DNA of 64,000 bases. Source: an uncultured virus (IMG/VR IMGVR_UViG_3300008117_000060). Taxonomy: Duplodnaviria; Heunggongvirae; Uroviricota; Caudoviricetes. The stretch lies in the IMG/VR virus record IMGVR_UViG_3300008117_000060; one strand, given 5' to 3'. Positions 47,843 through 57,552 of this stretch are shown piece by piece (the stretch's first letter is position 1; every line of letters starts with the position of its first letter). The translations under genes and the position numbers were made by a program. The notes below the pieces were generated by a model. That model had not been told where the DNA came from and searched no databases. It saw only the letters and a program-made list of their open reading frames with translations.

Positions 47843-48869
47843 TTCCTTTATTGAAAGCAGGACAACCAGCATAGTGCATTATCTGGTATAAAAACTTGTC
47901 TTCTGGATATTTTTTAAGGTAATCATCAAACTCATCTAAGAAGCAAGACGTAATCATTGTGCCTTTCATGTCGCTGATTTTGTAATAATAAAAATCAAAC
48001 TTGTATGGACAATGATATTTGGGATTGCCGTCTTTTTTTAATTCACCCTTTTTAGAAGCGAAACCACATTGAAGCGGCCCACTGAATGAGTTATCTTTTG
48101 GATAGTCTTGACGCGCTGCCAAATTTGAAAAGGCAGTTTGAATATTAAAATTATCCAAGTATTTTTGGATTTCGGTGAGTTCAGATTGAAACCCATCTAG
48201 CTCTTCTTCTGTTAAAGCTGGCATTCTTACAACACCTTTTTCTGTTGGCAAAAACTTTAAAAACAAGAATTCAGAGCGGCGATTTTTATAATCTGGAAAC
48301 TGCTTTTTAACAGCTAGTGAATACATCAAGTCTTGCAAGTTGTTTTCGAGGTCTTTGCCCTTGAAAACTTCTTTGCTGCTTTTGAAGTCGCGAATAATAG
48401 CCAAGCCCTGCTTCTTGTATAAGAAAAGCTTGTCAATGAAGCCTTTGATTTTATAATCAAACTTGCCTTCTTTAACATCAATTTCAAAGTCTTGTTCGCT
48501 TAATGCTTCGGATGGTTTGCCACATTCTGTTCCAAAAAAGTCATATTGTAAACCTGCAAGCGTCATGTCGCAGATTTGTTTAATGTTTTCTTCGTCATTA
48601 ATGCCTTCTTTTTTGGCATGTTTGCGAATCAATCTTTCAATAGCTTTACTAGCAAAAACATTTCTCTTTTTAATAATAATGGAAAAATGCTTCTTGTGGC
48701 GATTTTCGCCCAAGCATTCGAAAACCAAATGGCATACAGAGCCGCGCTTTGCTCCACTATTGCTTCGATCAGGAAGTTTCAAGTGATATGAACACCAATA
48801 CTTCCAACTGCACGATTGAGCAGTTTTGATGCGACTTGCCGATAGTGATGTTCGATTTTTAGATTCCAA
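47832..48869 (-). CDS. RecB/Cas4-like PD-(D/E)xK exonuclease
   Basis: LSASRI..C, G..CH..E, GFIDK, DFKSSK, Q..MY, C-terminal Cys residues. Confidence 0.8.
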   Translation of the reverse strand: MESKNRTSLSASRIKTAQSCSWKYWCSYHLKLPDRSNSGAKRGSVCHLVFECLGENRHKKHFSIIIKKRNVFASKAIERLIRKHAKKEGINDEENIKQICDMTLAGLQYDFFGTECGKPSEALSEQDFEIDVKEGKFDYKIKGFIDKLFLYKKQGLAIIRDFKSSKEVFKGKDLENNLQDLMYSLAVKKQFPDYKNRRSEFLFLKFLPTEKGVVRMPALTEEELDGFQSELTEIQKYLDNFNIQTAFSNLAARQDYPKDNSFSGPLQCGFASKKGELKKDGNPKYHCPYKFDFYYYKISDMKGTMITSCFLDEFDDYLKKYPEDKFLYQIMHYAGCPAFNKGIDR

Positions 48870-48889
48870 AGTTTAGTTGATAGTAAAAT

Positions 48890-49108
48890 TTATTCGATTT
48901 CAGACCATGCTGCAAAAGTTTCAAACCAATCCTCTACGAATCTTTTCTCATCGCCAAAGATGGTTTTCATATTTTTCATGAACGCTTCTTTATTATTTAG
49001 AATCATTCCACAAAACTCTTCGACAGAGATTTCTTTTGGAAAAAAGAATGCCGTTGTTTCTTGTCTAATTGGCTGGCCAAATAAAGTTCTATTTTTAGGT
49101 TCGCTCAT
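48890..49108 (-). CDS. Hypothetical protein
   Basis: 72-aa ORF in operon. Confidence 0.6.
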   Translation of the reverse strand: MSEPKNRTLFGQPIRQETTAFFFPKEISVEEFCGMILNNKEAFMKNMKTIFGDEKRFVEDWFETFAAWSEIE

Positions 49109-49113
49109 TTATT

Positions 49114-50160
49114 TTAAATTCCAAAGTTTTCTAGTTTTTTAAAAAATTTCTGTAGTTTTTTATCTTGGAAAGCATTACGATTAGCAGAGCAGTAATCTTT
49201 GTAATCATTTAATTTAGCTTCTTGAGAAGCGCTTGGTTGTTCATACCAATCTTTAAATGGCATTTCTTTCTGCCTCATCTCGCCAAAATCATTTGCCCAA
49301 GGTAGTTGCACTGATAGTTGCTCAAAGTCAAAAAATTGACTGAGTTTCATGTAGTTTTTCATTGCAGCAATCTTGCCATGATTCTTTTGCTTCTCATTGT
49401 CGTTATTTGTGGCGATAATGATCTTGCGAAGGTCTTTGGAGCAAAGATAGTTCAGCAGTGCTGGAGAGCAGTCCAATCCAAAAGTAACGAGGTTATGAGC
49501 GTAGCCTTCTTCTGTCAAGGCCAAGCTATCTCCAATGCTTTCTACTAAGATGACTTCCTTTTTCTCATCAATAAGAGAATCAACTGTTTGCTCTCTTGGA
49601 ACAAATGCTGGATAAACCCATCGAGTTTTTGTGCCAACATGCTTCCACTTTGGAGCTTCGTTATTATCGTTGATTTTTCTGCCGCTAAAACCAAAAATCT
49701 CACCATCAGAGTTATAAACTGGAAAAACAATTCTTTGATACATTTGGCCATTACCAGCCAAACCGCACTGATAGAGTTTTTGCGTTTCTTCACTGATTCC
49801 ACGCTTCTTATAAAAGGAAAAGTTTGGGAACAGCCTGTTTAAGCATTCTTTGGGGTAAATTTTATCCATTTCTATTTTTTCTTTCGCGATATAGTGGGCC
49901 TGAATCTCTTGATTAGTTGAGACATATTCTTTGATGATTTTGGGGTCTTTTGTTTGTAGCGTTAGTTCAACCAGCTTAACAAGCGGCATGGAAGAATGAC
50001 CCTGCACATAGTCTTGCCATACTCCACTATTCTTATACACTTTAATCGCTGTGGGATTATCGCCGCCACGATACAAAGCTTTGGTTCTCCAATGATTGCC
50101 AAAATCCTTTAGAGTATAGCCAAGCTTTTCGAGCGAGTTTTTTATTTCATCAGAGTTCAT
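49114..50160 (-). CDS. DnaG-type DNA primase
   Basis: RIVFPV, GFSGR, VESIGD, NND, ND (TOPRIM); start trimmed to MNSDE. Confidence 0.85.
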   Translation of the reverse strand: MNSDEIKNSLEKLGYTLKDFGNHWRTKALYRGGDNPTAIKVYKNSGVWQDYVQGHSSMPLVKLVELTLQTKDPKIIKEYVSTNQEIQAHYIAKEKIEMDKIYPKECLNRLFPNFSFYKKRGISEETQKLYQCGLAGNGQMYQRIVFPVYNSDGEIFGFSGRKINDNNEAPKWKHVGTKTRWVYPAFVPREQTVDSLIDEKKEVILVESIGDSLALTEEGYAHNLVTFGLDCSPALLNYLCSKDLRKIIIATNNDNEKQKNHGKIAAMKNYMKLSQFFDFEQLSVQLPWANDFGEMRQKEMPFKDWYEQPSASQEAKLNDYKDYCSANRNAFQDKKLQKFFKKLENFGI

Positions 50161-51667
50161 CAAAGTCGGGAGCGGTGTTTCTGCCATTCTCTTCTGCGCC
50201 TTCTCCAATATCATTGAATTCAACAACATCGCGAAGATCACCTCTTTCAGTGATGCAGAAGTTTTTAAATTCCAAATTAATAAAGTTCTTGCGAAGAGTG
50301 TCTCCAACGCGCACTGGTTCAACTGCACCAGCAATATCTTTGCCCAAGTGTCGAGCTTTCACGTTAATCAATTTATGAGTGCCAAATCTAACGCCTTCAT
50401 TTAGAACTTCATCCGTTGTCTTATTTCGCAAGATGAACATGTGAGAGCAGAATTGAGTGATTCGGTCAGATAAAGAAACAATGCTTTCATCGTCAATGAC
50501 ATTTTGTGAATTGCGATTATTGGTAATGCCAGAGCGATTGGATTGAACAGAAGTAATCATGGGAATTATGGGCAATCCATCATGCAAGATTTCTTTCTGC
50601 ACGCAGCGCTTAAATTTATCAACCATCTCTCCAACCATTTGCCACTCTGTTTTGTTTGCGCCACCATTATCAGATGTTGTTTTGATGTAGTCGAAGCTAA
50701 AAATCATTCGATTGCCACGCCCAACCTTGGAGTAGTAAAAACGCTTTAGCGTGTTGATCATGGAATCAACATCCAATCCCCCAACATTATAATAATAAAA
50801 TTGCATCTTCTTGACCTTTGCCCAAACAGACCGAACCTTATCAACTGTTTCTTTGCCTGCTCGCAGCCATTGACCACTTTCAATCAAATGCATTGGAACT
50901 CCACTAAGAGCAGAACACTGGCGCATAATGAGTTCTTCCTTGCTCATTTCTCCATTATCAAAATGAAGAACAGGAACATTATATTTCAAACTCACCTTGG
51001 TTGAGTAATCCATAGTAAACTGAGTCTTGCCGACACCAGATCGAGCAACAATGACGGTGATATTTCCTGGTCTAAGCAATGAACCATAGATGCTATTAAT
51101 TTTTTCATGTGGTCCCATCATGCCGAACTCGCTAACAGGATTTGCGCCACGATCTTCAATCATTACCTCCATTTCATCATAGATGTTTTCTGGAGAATCG
51201 TTACCAACTTCATACTGATTGATGCGGCTGTTGTATTCTTTATCAGCTACAGAAATGATTTCTGAATAGGAGCTTTCTGCTGGCAAGCTTTTCATCTTCT
51301 TCGCAATGTTTTGCGAAGACTCGTAGATTTCTCGGCGGATAGTGTACTTCTTGAGTTCTTTGGCTGTTTTAATGAGACTGCCATCAGCAACCTTTCTCAT
51401 GCCAAGACTCTTCACATATTCTGCCACATTCACTACATCATCGAATGTGATACCAAGATTCTGAACTCGCTGTGCGATGATTACATCGTCAATTTCTTCA
51501 TGCGCTTCTAGTGCCTGACGAACAATTGTGAAGATCGTTTTATTTAAACTGTTGTCTTCACTATAGAAATCTTTTTCATTTATGAATGCAGAGATTTCAA
51601 AATAGTTCTCTGGCTTTTTAATGAGAGCCGCCAGCAATTGTTTTTCAAGTTCATAAGAGTATATCAT
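50150..51667 (-). CDS. dnaB: DnaB-like replicative helicase
   Basis: ARSGVGKT, EMS, FDYIK, QSNR. Confidence 0.9.
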   Translation of the reverse strand: MIYSYELEKQLLAALIKKPENYFEISAFINEKDFYSEDNSLNKTIFTIVRQALEAHEEIDDVIIAQRVQNLGITFDDVVNVAEYVKSLGMRKVADGSLIKTAKELKKYTIRREIYESSQNIAKKMKSLPAESSYSEIISVADKEYNSRINQYEVGNDSPENIYDEMEVMIEDRGANPVSEFGMMGPHEKINSIYGSLLRPGNITVIVARSGVGKTQFTMDYSTKVSLKYNVPVLHFDNGEMSKEELIMRQCSALSGVPMHLIESGQWLRAGKETVDKVRSVWAKVKKMQFYYYNVGGLDVDSMINTLKRFYYSKVGRGNRMIFSFDYIKTTSDNGGANKTEWQMVGEMVDKFKRCVQKEILHDGLPIIPMITSVQSNRSGITNNRNSQNVIDDESIVSLSDRITQFCSHMFILRNKTTDEVLNEGVRFGTHKLINVKARHLGKDIAGAVEPVRVGDTLRKNFINLEFKNFCITERGDLRDVVEFNDIGEGAEENGRNTAPDFDEL

Positions 51668-51690
51668 GCTACTCTTACGATACTCAGCAA

Positions 51691-51978
51691 TCAATCTTCG
51701 TCAACATCATCTTCATCATTTCTTCCCATTTCTCCAAGATTGTATGCGGTTTCAGCATCGTCTGAATTTTGAAGATATTTTTCCAAAGCTTTTCTCATGC
51801 CAAATTCAACCACTTGAGAATCATATTTACAGTAGATGACTGGAGTTCCATCTTCTGAAACATAAGCTAATAGCACACCCTTATACTTGTCCGCATTGCC
51901 GCTTAACTCATAAATTTGTTCGATAAAGTTTGAAGGCATTTCAAACTGAGGAATTTCCTTGATTTTATTCTTCGGCAT
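51691..51978 (-). CDS. Hypothetical protein
   Basis: 95-aa ORF. Confidence 0.65.
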   Translation of the reverse strand: MPKNKIKEIPQFEMPSNFIEQIYELSGNADKYKGVLLAYVSEDGTPVIYCKYDSQVVEFGMRKALEKYLQNSDDAETAYNLGEMGRNDEDDVDED

Positions 51979-51986
51979 ACCTTATA

Positions 51987-52394
51987 TTACAGATAAATTT
52001 CGTACGATTCAAAAAAATCTTTATTCAATTCCGAAACGCTATAAATTTCCACAAGCTTAATGCCGTTTATTTCGCAAAACTCAAGCTTTTTATTGTCTCT
52101 TTTTAATTGCTGCAAGAATTTATTTCTGCTGCCATGAAAGAAAGGAACAAATTTTGTGTGTTGCTGTCCTTGGACCTCGATTGCTATTTTTTTGTTGGCA
52201 TTGTAAAAATCAAAAGTCATTCTTGTGTCAATGACTCTCAGTTCTTCAAATACAATGTCTTCACTCCAGTAAAGCTTCAAGAATCTTTTAACTTCGTCTT
52301 GAAATTTGCTACGAGTTTTTTTGCGCCAATTGATTAAATATTTTGACGCATTCTTGAGATATTTTTCTTTTCCGTATAGAGTTTTAAACCTCAT
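51987..52394 (-). CDS. Vsr/DUF559-like endonuclease
   Basis: FDFY..IAIEVQGQQH...RD..K..FC. Confidence 0.75.
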   Translation of the reverse strand: MRFKTLYGKEKYLKNASKYLINWRKKTRSKFQDEVKRFLKLYWSEDIVFEELRVIDTRMTFDFYNANKKIAIEVQGQQHTKFVPFFHGSRNKFLQQLKRDNKKLEFCEINGIKLVEIYSVSELNKDFFESYEIYL

Positions 52395-53523
52395 TGGAAA
52401 TCATTTTGCGAAAATATTCAATTAAAAACTTCAATAAAGCTGCATCATCCTCAACAGTTTTAAACAAGGAAGCCTCGCCTTGAATCTTAGCTGGAAACTC
52501 AAGAGAATTTTCAGCTAATAATTGCAGGAAGTCTTCGCTTGGAGAAAACCAAGCTCCGCTCTTATTAACAAGTTCCCAAGCAAGCAGTAGGTCAACAATC
52601 TCCTTTTCAATCCAGATGGATTTGCCACCTGTGCGACCATATCGAATAGGATATGGAATAGTGAGATTGGTTTTCTCGTTTGGAGACTTTTTGACTGTGA
52701 CTTTGGCCCAATGTCCAATTGGCGGATTTTTTTCCAAGTCAATGCTTTTTTCGCTAGGATTTTTAAGAATAAGATCGCCTTTAAAGCGGGGTTCGAACTC
52801 AAGAATCCAGTTGGCAAAGTGTAGCAAGGCATTGCCTCCTGTAGCAGAGGTTTGGCGAATTGGTGCTTTTGAATATGGGTCAAGCTTGATGTCTGCTCGA
52901 ACTTGAGAGATAAAGATTGCCATGTGACCGCGCTTTGCAAGCGCAATCGAAAGTTTCTTCATGAATGTCGCAGCAATCACTGCGCCACCCGCAACCTTTG
53001 AACTTTCCTCAAAGGATTTGTCCATATCATTCTTGGCAATAAGGCCATCAACCGCATCCAAGAGGAAACAGAATTTGATCTTCTCTTCGTTCTTGGAAAC
53101 TAATTGTCTCATAGCATCAACAACAGTTTCATAGATGTTGCTCTCAAAAACAAAGCAAGTTCCAGCCACCCAATCTTCTGCTGAAAATACAAACTTGATG
53201 CCAGAACGCTTTTGCATTTCTGGAGAAAGGCGACCTTCTGCCTTGATGTAAAAGCCTTTGCTATTTGGAATATCAAGCAGGAAATTCTTCATCACTTCAA
53301 GAGCTTCGCTAGTTTTGCCACCCTCATTCATACCCACGAACCTGTGCAGTCCTGGACCAAAGCCGCCACCAAGTTGCAAGTCAAGCTGGAGTGAACCACT
53401 CGATACTTTATAATCTACTGTTTCTTCAAAGTTGTAGTGATCTTCCGCATTTTGTTTCAGGAAAGATTCAAGCACTTCGCTTGAAGTAATCTTCTTTTCT
53501 TCTGTGTCTTTAGTCTTTTTCAT
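52384..53523 (-). CDS. recA: RecA/UvsX-like recombinase
   Basis: SSGSLQLDLQLGGG, GMNEGGKT, FISQVR, TGGNALLH. Confidence 0.85.
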   Translation of the reverse strand: MKKTKDTEEKKITSSEVLESFLKQNAEDHYNFEETVDYKVSSGSLQLDLQLGGGFGPGLHRFVGMNEGGKTSEALEVMKNFLLDIPNSKGFYIKAEGRLSPEMQKRSGIKFVFSAEDWVAGTCFVFESNIYETVVDAMRQLVSKNEEKIKFCFLLDAVDGLIAKNDMDKSFEESSKVAGGAVIAATFMKKLSIALAKRGHMAIFISQVRADIKLDPYSKAPIRQTSATGGNALLHFANWILEFEPRFKGDLILKNPSEKSIDLEKNPPIGHWAKVTVKKSPNEKTNLTIPYPIRYGRTGGKSIWIEKEIVDLLLAWELVNKSGAWFSPSEDFLQLLAENSLEFPAKIQGEASLFKTVEDDAALLKFLIEYFRKMISNEV

Positions 53524-53863
53524 TTAAAAAGTCTCTAATGGTTCTAGGTTTACGTTCAATTAAAACTGGTTGATGCAATGGGTCATCTTTCAAGATGATT
53601 TGCGGTTCTCTACTTATACGAGATTCGCTGCTATAAATTTTGAATCTTTTATCCAAGTCTTGAAGGATTTTTGGCGCAAACAAAATAGCTAAACTATCTC
53701 CTTTAAAGGAGAAGCTGGTATCTCTTAAAAATTCTAAGCTATATCTTTCAACCAAACGAGCCAATAAAACATATTCTCTTTGCCAAAATTCTCGCTTTGA
53801 TTTAGCGGGAATCTCGACAAATTTGGAGACTATAAGTTTTTTATTTGGTTTTTTCTGCGGCAC
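53510..53863 (-). CDS. Hypothetical protein
   Basis: 117-aa ORF coupled to recA. Confidence 0.65.
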   Translation of the reverse strand: MPQKKPNKKLIVSKFVEIPAKSKREFWQREYVLLARLVERYSLEFLRDTSFSFKGDSLAILFAPKILQDLDKRFKIYSSESRISREPQIILKDDPLHQPVLIERKPRTIRDFLNEKD

Positions 53864-54407
53864 AATTATATTCAGATATTTGCTTTACAGAATATCCATG
53901 ATACTCAAACTTTTGCAAGAGAAAATGATGCATGATACCAGGATTAAATGTGTCTTGACCATGATAAAATTCATATTCAATATATGGAATAGTAAAATAT
54001 TCATCTTTCATGTGCATTAGTGTTTTAACATCTAAACCTTCAATATCAATATATAAACGGTCTAGCGGTGGTAAATTTTTTAAAAAGTCATTAATATCAA
54101 TACATTCGGCGTCAATAAAATTCACATTGGGATGATGATGTTTCAATACATGATCTTTATTTAAAGATGCATGTGCAGATTCTTCATCGCCCTCTGGAAA
54201 GTAAAATCTACAAGTTGTATTTTCCAAACCGATTGCTTTGTTAAATACTTTTAAGTTATTAACAAAACTATAAACTTTTTGAGCCTTTTCGCAGCATTTG
54301 GGCAGAGCATCAACAACAAAAAAATTCTCAATAACATTTTGGTTATCTTTGACGAAATCAAAAACATGATCGTCACAATTATTACATCCTATTTGAAGAA
54401 TATTCAT
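53841..54407 (-). CDS. FkbM-family methyltransferase
   Basis: LQIGCN, NKAIG, LYIDIEGLD. Confidence 0.8.
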   Translation of the reverse strand: MNILQIGCNNCDDHVFDFVKDNQNVIENFFVVDALPKCCEKAQKVYSFVNNLKVFNKAIGLENTTCRFYFPEGDEESAHASLNKDHVLKHHHPNVNFIDAECIDINDFLKNLPPLDRLYIDIEGLDVKTLMHMKDEYFTIPYIEYEFYHGQDTFNPGIMHHFLLQKFEYHGYSVKQISEYNCAAEKTK

Positions 54408-54411
54408 AAAA

Positions 54412-55449
54412 TTAATTAATGTAAGGCCAACCTGAGTCTCGCGCAACCATTTTCTCAACAAGTTGCGAGAAAGATGTGTTTGGAATCCAGCCAAGCTCTT
54501 CTCTTGCTGGTGTCGAATCACCCCAAAGAAGATCAACTTCTGCTGGACGATAGAAAGCTGGATTAATTACTACAAGCTTTTGTTTCGTGTTTTTGTCAAT
54601 AAAAACTTCATCTAAACCGTTGCCAATCCACTCACCTTCAATAGAAGCAGCTTCGAAGGCTAGTTCAATAAATTCTCTTACTGAGTGAGTTTCATTAGCA
54701 GAGAGAACATAGTCTTTTGGCTTTTCTTGATTAAGCATCAGCCAAACACCGCGCACAAAATCTTGAGCATCGCTCCAATCTCTTTTGGCGTCAACATTGC
54801 CAAGCTCCATTGGCAAGAAAGATTCGTCACTTTTTTTGGCGTTATAGATTCTTGCTACATTTTTAGTGATTTTTCGCGTTACGAACTCTTCTCCGCGACG
54901 AACGCCTTCGTGATTAAATAAGATTCCTTGAACAGCATAAATGCCATAAGACTCTCGGTAAACCTTTACCAAATGATGCGCAGCGCACTTAGAAGCGCCG
55001 TATGGCGATCTTGGACGAAATGGATGGTTGATGTCTTGTGGAGAATATGCAACATCTCCGAACTGTTCGCTGCTGCCAGCATTATAGAATCTAGTTTCTG
55101 GAGAAAGGTTTCTAATAGCTTCAAGACAATGAAGCACTCCCATGCAGTTTGTTTGCATGTGATTAATTGGCATCTTCCAACTATTGCCAACAAAAGAGTT
55201 TGCAGCGAAGTTGATGAAGTAATCTGGCTTGATTTCTCTAATTGCTTGATTAATGCTTTCCGCATCAGTAAGGTCCAACTCTAACAATTTAAATCTTTCG
55301 TGGTTCTTGATATTTTCAATGTTTTGATGATTTGGAACACTCAAGCGTCTATGCGCCCCGTAAACAAAGTTGTTTGGGTCTTTTAGCAGATGGTCTGCCA
55401 TCAGCGAGCCATCTTGACCAGTAATACCAGTTATAATAATTGTTTTCAT
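54412..55449 (-). CDS. gmd: GDP-mannose 4,6-dehydratase
   Basis: ITGITGQDG, PRSPYGASK, GILFNHE, FVTRKI, RDW, RPAEV. Confidence 0.92.
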   Translation of the reverse strand: MKTIIITGITGQDGSLMADHLLKDPNNFVYGAHRRLSVPNHQNIENIKNHERFKLLELDLTDAESINQAIREIKPDYFINFAANSFVGNSWKMPINHMQTNCMGVLHCLEAIRNLSPETRFYNAGSSEQFGDVAYSPQDINHPFRPRSPYGASKCAAHHLVKVYRESYGIYAVQGILFNHEGVRRGEEFVTRKITKNVARIYNAKKSDESFLPMELGNVDAKRDWSDAQDFVRGVWLMLNQEKPKDYVLSANETHSVREFIELAFEAASIEGEWIGNGLDEVFIDKNTKQKLVVINPAFYRPAEVDLLWGDSTPAREELGWIPNTSFSQLVEKMVARDSGWPYIN

Positions 55450-55793
55450 GATTTAAGTTCTGTAGTTTGTATATCGGGGAAAAATTTATTTTGTAAAGCC
55501 ACTTTGCAATAATACCTTTTCATATTTAAATCGTCCACTTCTTTTGCGGAAATCTTTCCATAACGAGCTTCTTCTACAGCTTCAAAAGTTTTAAAATTAG
55601 CGTCAATTAAATTTTTAAATTCTTGAGAACGCACAATTTTAATATGTTGGTCTTCTGGTATTTGATTCAGGATATGTTCATTACATAAAGTTCTTGCGGT
55701 AAGGGTTTTTTCATTATTGAATATTTTGTGTTTAACCGCAAGGATGGCTAAATAATCATAAGCGTACCCCTCATCTACTAAAATTGTGATCAT
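55446..55793 (-). CDS. Hypothetical protein of glycan locus
   Basis: MITILVDEGYAYDYLAIL... Confidence 0.65.
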   Translation of the reverse strand: MITILVDEGYAYDYLAILAVKHKIFNNEKTLTARTLCNEHILNQIPEDQHIKIVRSQEFKNLIDANFKTFEAVEEARYGKISAKEVDDLNMKRYYCKVALQNKFFPDIQTTELKS

Positions 55794-56488
55794 AATTGAT
55801 AATATGTAATTGATGGATGATTGTAATTCCACTCATCTGCATTGAATAGTGGATGATTTTGTGGCTGAATAACTTGACAATGAGCGCCAACAGAAATAGC
55901 CAAGTGCATATCTCCAGTATTGCATCCAACATAAAGGCCCACTTTTCTCAATAAGCAAATATATTTACTCAGTTCCAAGTCTGTTAAAATATTTTCATAT
56001 TTAATAGAAACTGGATTACTAGAGCTTTGACAAATAATTGGAGTTAAGCCATCAGAAATTAATTTATCAAATAACTGCTCATAACTATCAACCTTTAAGC
56101 TTCTTACTTCATGCCACTGTTTTGCACAATGCGGCACAAAAATTACTGGATTAATCTTATTGATAAGATAATTTGCAGTCCAAATTTCTGATTCTTGATT
56201 TGAATGTAAAACTAAAGGTCTATTATCTAATAATTCTGCATGTTGAAAAAAATTTCTTAGTTTTCGTGTAGCATAGTGACCCCCACCAAGATCGGGCAAA
56301 TATTGATTAACGTCTTCTATTATAACATCAGCGATGCCATCAAATAAAATAGAAAACCTTTTTATTTTAGCAGGCAATGAAACAATTGGTTTTTTATTAT
56401 TTGCAAGCAAGTGCTTACAAATACAAGTAAGTATTAACGTATCACCTAACCCCTCGGATGGACAAGATAATTTAATTAAATTATCCAT
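55790..56488 (-). CDS. GT9 (heptosyltransferase-like) glycosyltransferase
   Basis: GLGD, YVGCNTGDMHLA. Confidence 0.75.
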   Translation of the reverse strand: MDNLIKLSCPSEGLGDTLILTCICKHLLANNKKPIVSLPAKIKRFSILFDGIADVIIEDVNQYLPDLGGGHYATRKLRNFFQHAELLDNRPLVLHSNQESEIWTANYLINKINPVIFVPHCAKQWHEVRSLKVDSYEQLFDKLISDGLTPIICQSSSNPVSIKYENILTDLELSKYICLLRKVGLYVGCNTGDMHLAISVGAHCQVIQPQNHPLFNADEWNYNHPSITYYQL

Positions 56489-56489
56489 G

Positions 56490-57260
56490 TTATAATTTTA
56501 ATTTATGTTTAAGATAAGGGTATTCAAAGTCTTCGTGTTTCATGTGAATCTTGTGAGCGGGGTCTTGCCCACCGCCTTCAACATACCAATGTTCGTGCCA
56601 GAACTCATGGTTTCTCTTTAGTCGAGAGTCTAAATCTACATAACCAAAATGAACAACAAATGGTGAAACACCAAGCTCCAAGCGTTGTAGATCAGTTGTG
56701 GTTGCCATTGTTGAAACAAATTCTCCATCAGCATTAACCAAGTCACAACCATCGCTCATTTTAGTATTAATTGTGCCGTCTTGTTTTCTGGCCGCTTTAC
56801 TTGGCGCACGATAAGCTTGTCCTTTATTGAAATATTGCTTGTTAGTAATTGAAGAATAGTGATTCCAATCTTTATAAAGATTCACAGATGCAACTGCTGC
56901 ACACTGAACTGGACTAAGAGCAATTTGCATGGCTAAAATTTCCCACAGTGGTTTTTGCCACAATGGAATGTACTCATCGAGATCGAGTTGAATCTTAAAA
57001 TCTTGCGTGCAAGCTTGAAGGGCGGCATTTTTAATCTTGCCATCAAGCCAAGGGTCTTGATATGAAAAATCGGTTTCTATAATTTTCCAGTTAGAAAAGT
57101 CTTTTAAAGTTTCTGAGATTGCTTCCTTTGTATTATCTACGGAAGTATTAACTGCGATGATTACTTCATCTGCAAATTTGCATGAATTTTGAACGCTGTT
57201 TTCCCAACCAACAAAGCCATGCTTGATGAGGTTAAATGCTGAATGATAAATGCTAAACAT
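56490..57260 (-). CDS. GT2-like glycosyltransferase
   Basis: DEVII..S.D.T, KNAAL, LDLDE, HFGY. Confidence 0.8.
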   Translation of the reverse strand: MFSIYHSAFNLIKHGFVGWENSVQNSCKFADEVIIAVNTSVDNTKEAISETLKDFSNWKIIETDFSYQDPWLDGKIKNAALQACTQDFKIQLDLDEYIPLWQKPLWEILAMQIALSPVQCAAVASVNLYKDWNHYSSITNKQYFNKGQAYRAPSKAARKQDGTINTKMSDGCDLVNADGEFVSTMATTTDLQRLELGVSPFVVHFGYVDLDSRLKRNHEFWHEHWYVEGGGQDPAHKIHMKHEDFEYPYLKHKLKL

Positions 57261-57537
57261 GTTTTTTGTAAATGTAATAAATTGCCACCATGACTGTTGC
57301 AGAAACTAGGCCACAAAAATAATTTACTATCCACCAAAAATCCCATCCAACACGCAAAAGGGTATATCCCATTGCTGAGACATACCCAATTATTGAAAGA
57401 ATAAACATGCCAACGCTAACGTCTTGCACATTTTTTGTCCTCAAACTTTTGGAGATTTGAGGAATGTAGCAGACTGAGAAGCAGAACGTATAAATAACAC
57501 CTAGAATCTGTTCGATCACTAGGATAATACGAAACAA
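57253..57537 (-). CDS. PQ-loop / SemiSWEET-like 3-TM protein
   Basis: YIPQISKSLRTKNVQDVS; three hydrophobic segments; start uncertain. Confidence 0.75.
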   Translation of the reverse strand: MFRIILVIEQILGVIYTFCFSVCYIPQISKSLRTKNVQDVSVGMFILSIIGYVSAMGYTLLRVGWDFWWIVNYFCGLVSATVMVAIYYIYKKHV

Positions 57538-57552
57538 TAAAGAATTTTCTAA

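Noticed and set aside
47832..48869. Cas4 as evidence of a CRISPR-Cas system
   Set aside because: Solo RecB/Cas4-like nucleases are common in phage replication modules; no array or other cas genes.
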